Shown: positions 62,546 to 64,000 of the stretch, piece by piece
Position numbering within the stretch: the stretch's first letter is position 1
How the letters are laid out: every line of letters begins with the position of its first letter
DNA from: Takakia lepidozioides
Lineage: Eukaryota; Plantae; Bryophyta
NCBI GenBank assembly: GCA_030704615.1
Contig: CM060734.1
Location: forward strand, 49,972,001-50,036,000
DNA length: 64,000 bases
Direction of reading: 5' to 3'
Position numbers and translations under genes: made by a program
The notes under the pieces: model-generated
What the model saw: only the letters and a program-made list of their open reading frames with translations
Database searches by the model: none
Told to the model about the DNA's origin: nothing

Positions 62546-64000
62546 ATGGAGGGGGGGTTCACCTTCATCGCCCTTCCCCTGGGGCTTATGTTCCTTTTTT
62601 CGGGGTTTATCGTCAATGCATTCCAGGTCGTGCATCAGACCATATGCTTGTTGTTCTTGTGTGTTGGAAAAATCTAGGTCTTGGTTTTGGAAATGTTTGG
62701 TGCATCCCGTGATTTGTGACGGGAGCCGTCTTTGTGGGCAGATTGTGGGCTTTGACTGGTGGAATTCGTGCAGTTGTTGGCAATGTTGCTGCTGCTGCCG
62801 TTTTCAAGAAACGCATACAGGATTGCCAACGTGTGGATGATGGAGGCCCTTTGGTCGCAGCTGGTGTGGATGCTTGATTGGTGGGCAGGTGTTAAGGTCT
62901 GACGTCTTCCACTCCTTTCTGGACTGTTCTTGAAAAACTCCTCCCCACTCCTATCTCACCTGGCTCGACCTCTCTATCTCCACCTTCCTCACCGGACCTC
63001 CAGCCAGCCTGGGAACACTCAATTATGCAGGTAATCTTGTTCACTAAGTGCTCGTAACAGAGGTACTGCGGACAGAGTAGTGATAGTGGTTTGGCCATGT
63101 CTGCAGGTGCGCATCTATGCAGATGCAGAGACATGGAAGTATATGGGTAAGTTTGCTGCAACACATATTCTTTACTGTGAGAGGGCTGAATTTTTTTCCA
63201 AATGAAAATCTCACAAGACTGGGAGTTGTCGAATTGGTTCTGCTTGAGGTTTCTTGGATCCAGGGATCTGTTATTTTGGGAAGGCGATCATTCAAAAACA
63301 AGTTCCCCTGAGTCCCCTCTGCTAACACAAAGCTGATGACGGGAGCTTACGGAAAAATCAGTTGTGTTAAGGTATGAATCGCATTGTGCACATTATTGGA
63401 ATGTGGCAGGTACTGAACATGCCCTCGTCATTTGCAACCACCGCAGTGATATCGATTGGCTAGTGGGGTGGGTCCTTGCTCAGGTTCGTGACCTCTCTCC
63501 TCCCCTCTCAATCCTTGCCCACCTTTTCTTAGGCCCTCAAAACTAGGTCTGTGACTACTAACCAAGGTTACTACTTACCCAATTGAGTATCCATACACTG
63601 CTGTTTTACTTTCAACTCTAGGGTTGACCTTCTTATATTGGTATTCCATAGCATTCACAACCAATGTAGACAGTAATTGGAAGGTAGTATTAAGTGGTGC
63701 TGAAGAAATGGACGTTGCTGGAAGCTGACAAGTGAGGGTGGCTGTGTATGTTTGCTGCAGCGCTGTGGATGCCTTGGTGGCACTCGAGCTGTTATGAAGA
63801 AGTCTACCCAGTTTCTGCCGGTCTCCATCTGTCTCTCACAAACTCATTTGCTCTTTGTGGACCTTAGGAAGTTCCTTTCTTTCTTTCTCTGGATGCACTT
63901 TCTTGTTTGCATTTGGCTAGAGAGAAGCTCAATTTTACAAGATGTTGTTGGCTGTAATAGAGCGGCTGTCTTATCCTGCAGGTAGCATGGCTCTTAACGA
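62546..64000 (+). CDS. LPAT2: 1-acyl-sn-glycerol-3-phosphate acyltransferase (LPAT2-type), 5' exons; continues beyond the window
   Basis: Exons encode [18 protein letters not shown] / [27 protein letters not shown] / [13 protein letters not shown] / [25 protein letters not shown] (NHxxxxD motif) / [20 protein letters not shown]. Confidence 0.93.

Overview
Nuclear DNA from a land plant, probably a non-seed lineage (bryophyte, lycophyte or fern). Evidence: spliceosomal genes, a flagellar CFAP70 homologue, PLS/DYW PPR fragments and a plastid 16S insertion. Genes that look intact are a multi-exon MIP1-leucine-zipper/DUF547 gene (+), a bifunctional nuclease BBD/DUF151 gene with an intronless CDS (-), and the 5' part of an LPAT2-type acyltransferase (+, runs off the right edge). 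Broken genes are CFAP70 (several frameshifts and a premature stop), an EG45/plant-natriuretic-peptide-like gene split by a Ty3/gypsy element, an orphan WDR70 exon and scrambled PPR-DYW fragments. Mobile DNA includes a candidate piggyBac-type MITE (TTAA duplication, 17-bp TIR) and a Tf1/Tcn1-like gypsy element with an apparent self-priming signature, carrying a nested TRIM-like element that keeps only a chromodomain remnant. Also present are a full-length degenerate copia element, a truncated gypsy with a tRNA-Gly-like PBS and an extra upstream ORF, clustered CACTA ends, LINE/SINE remnants, and a (CATTT)n-tailed retroelement family. There is no CRISPR or other prokaryotic system. All family assignments come from motif recognition by eye, without database searches.
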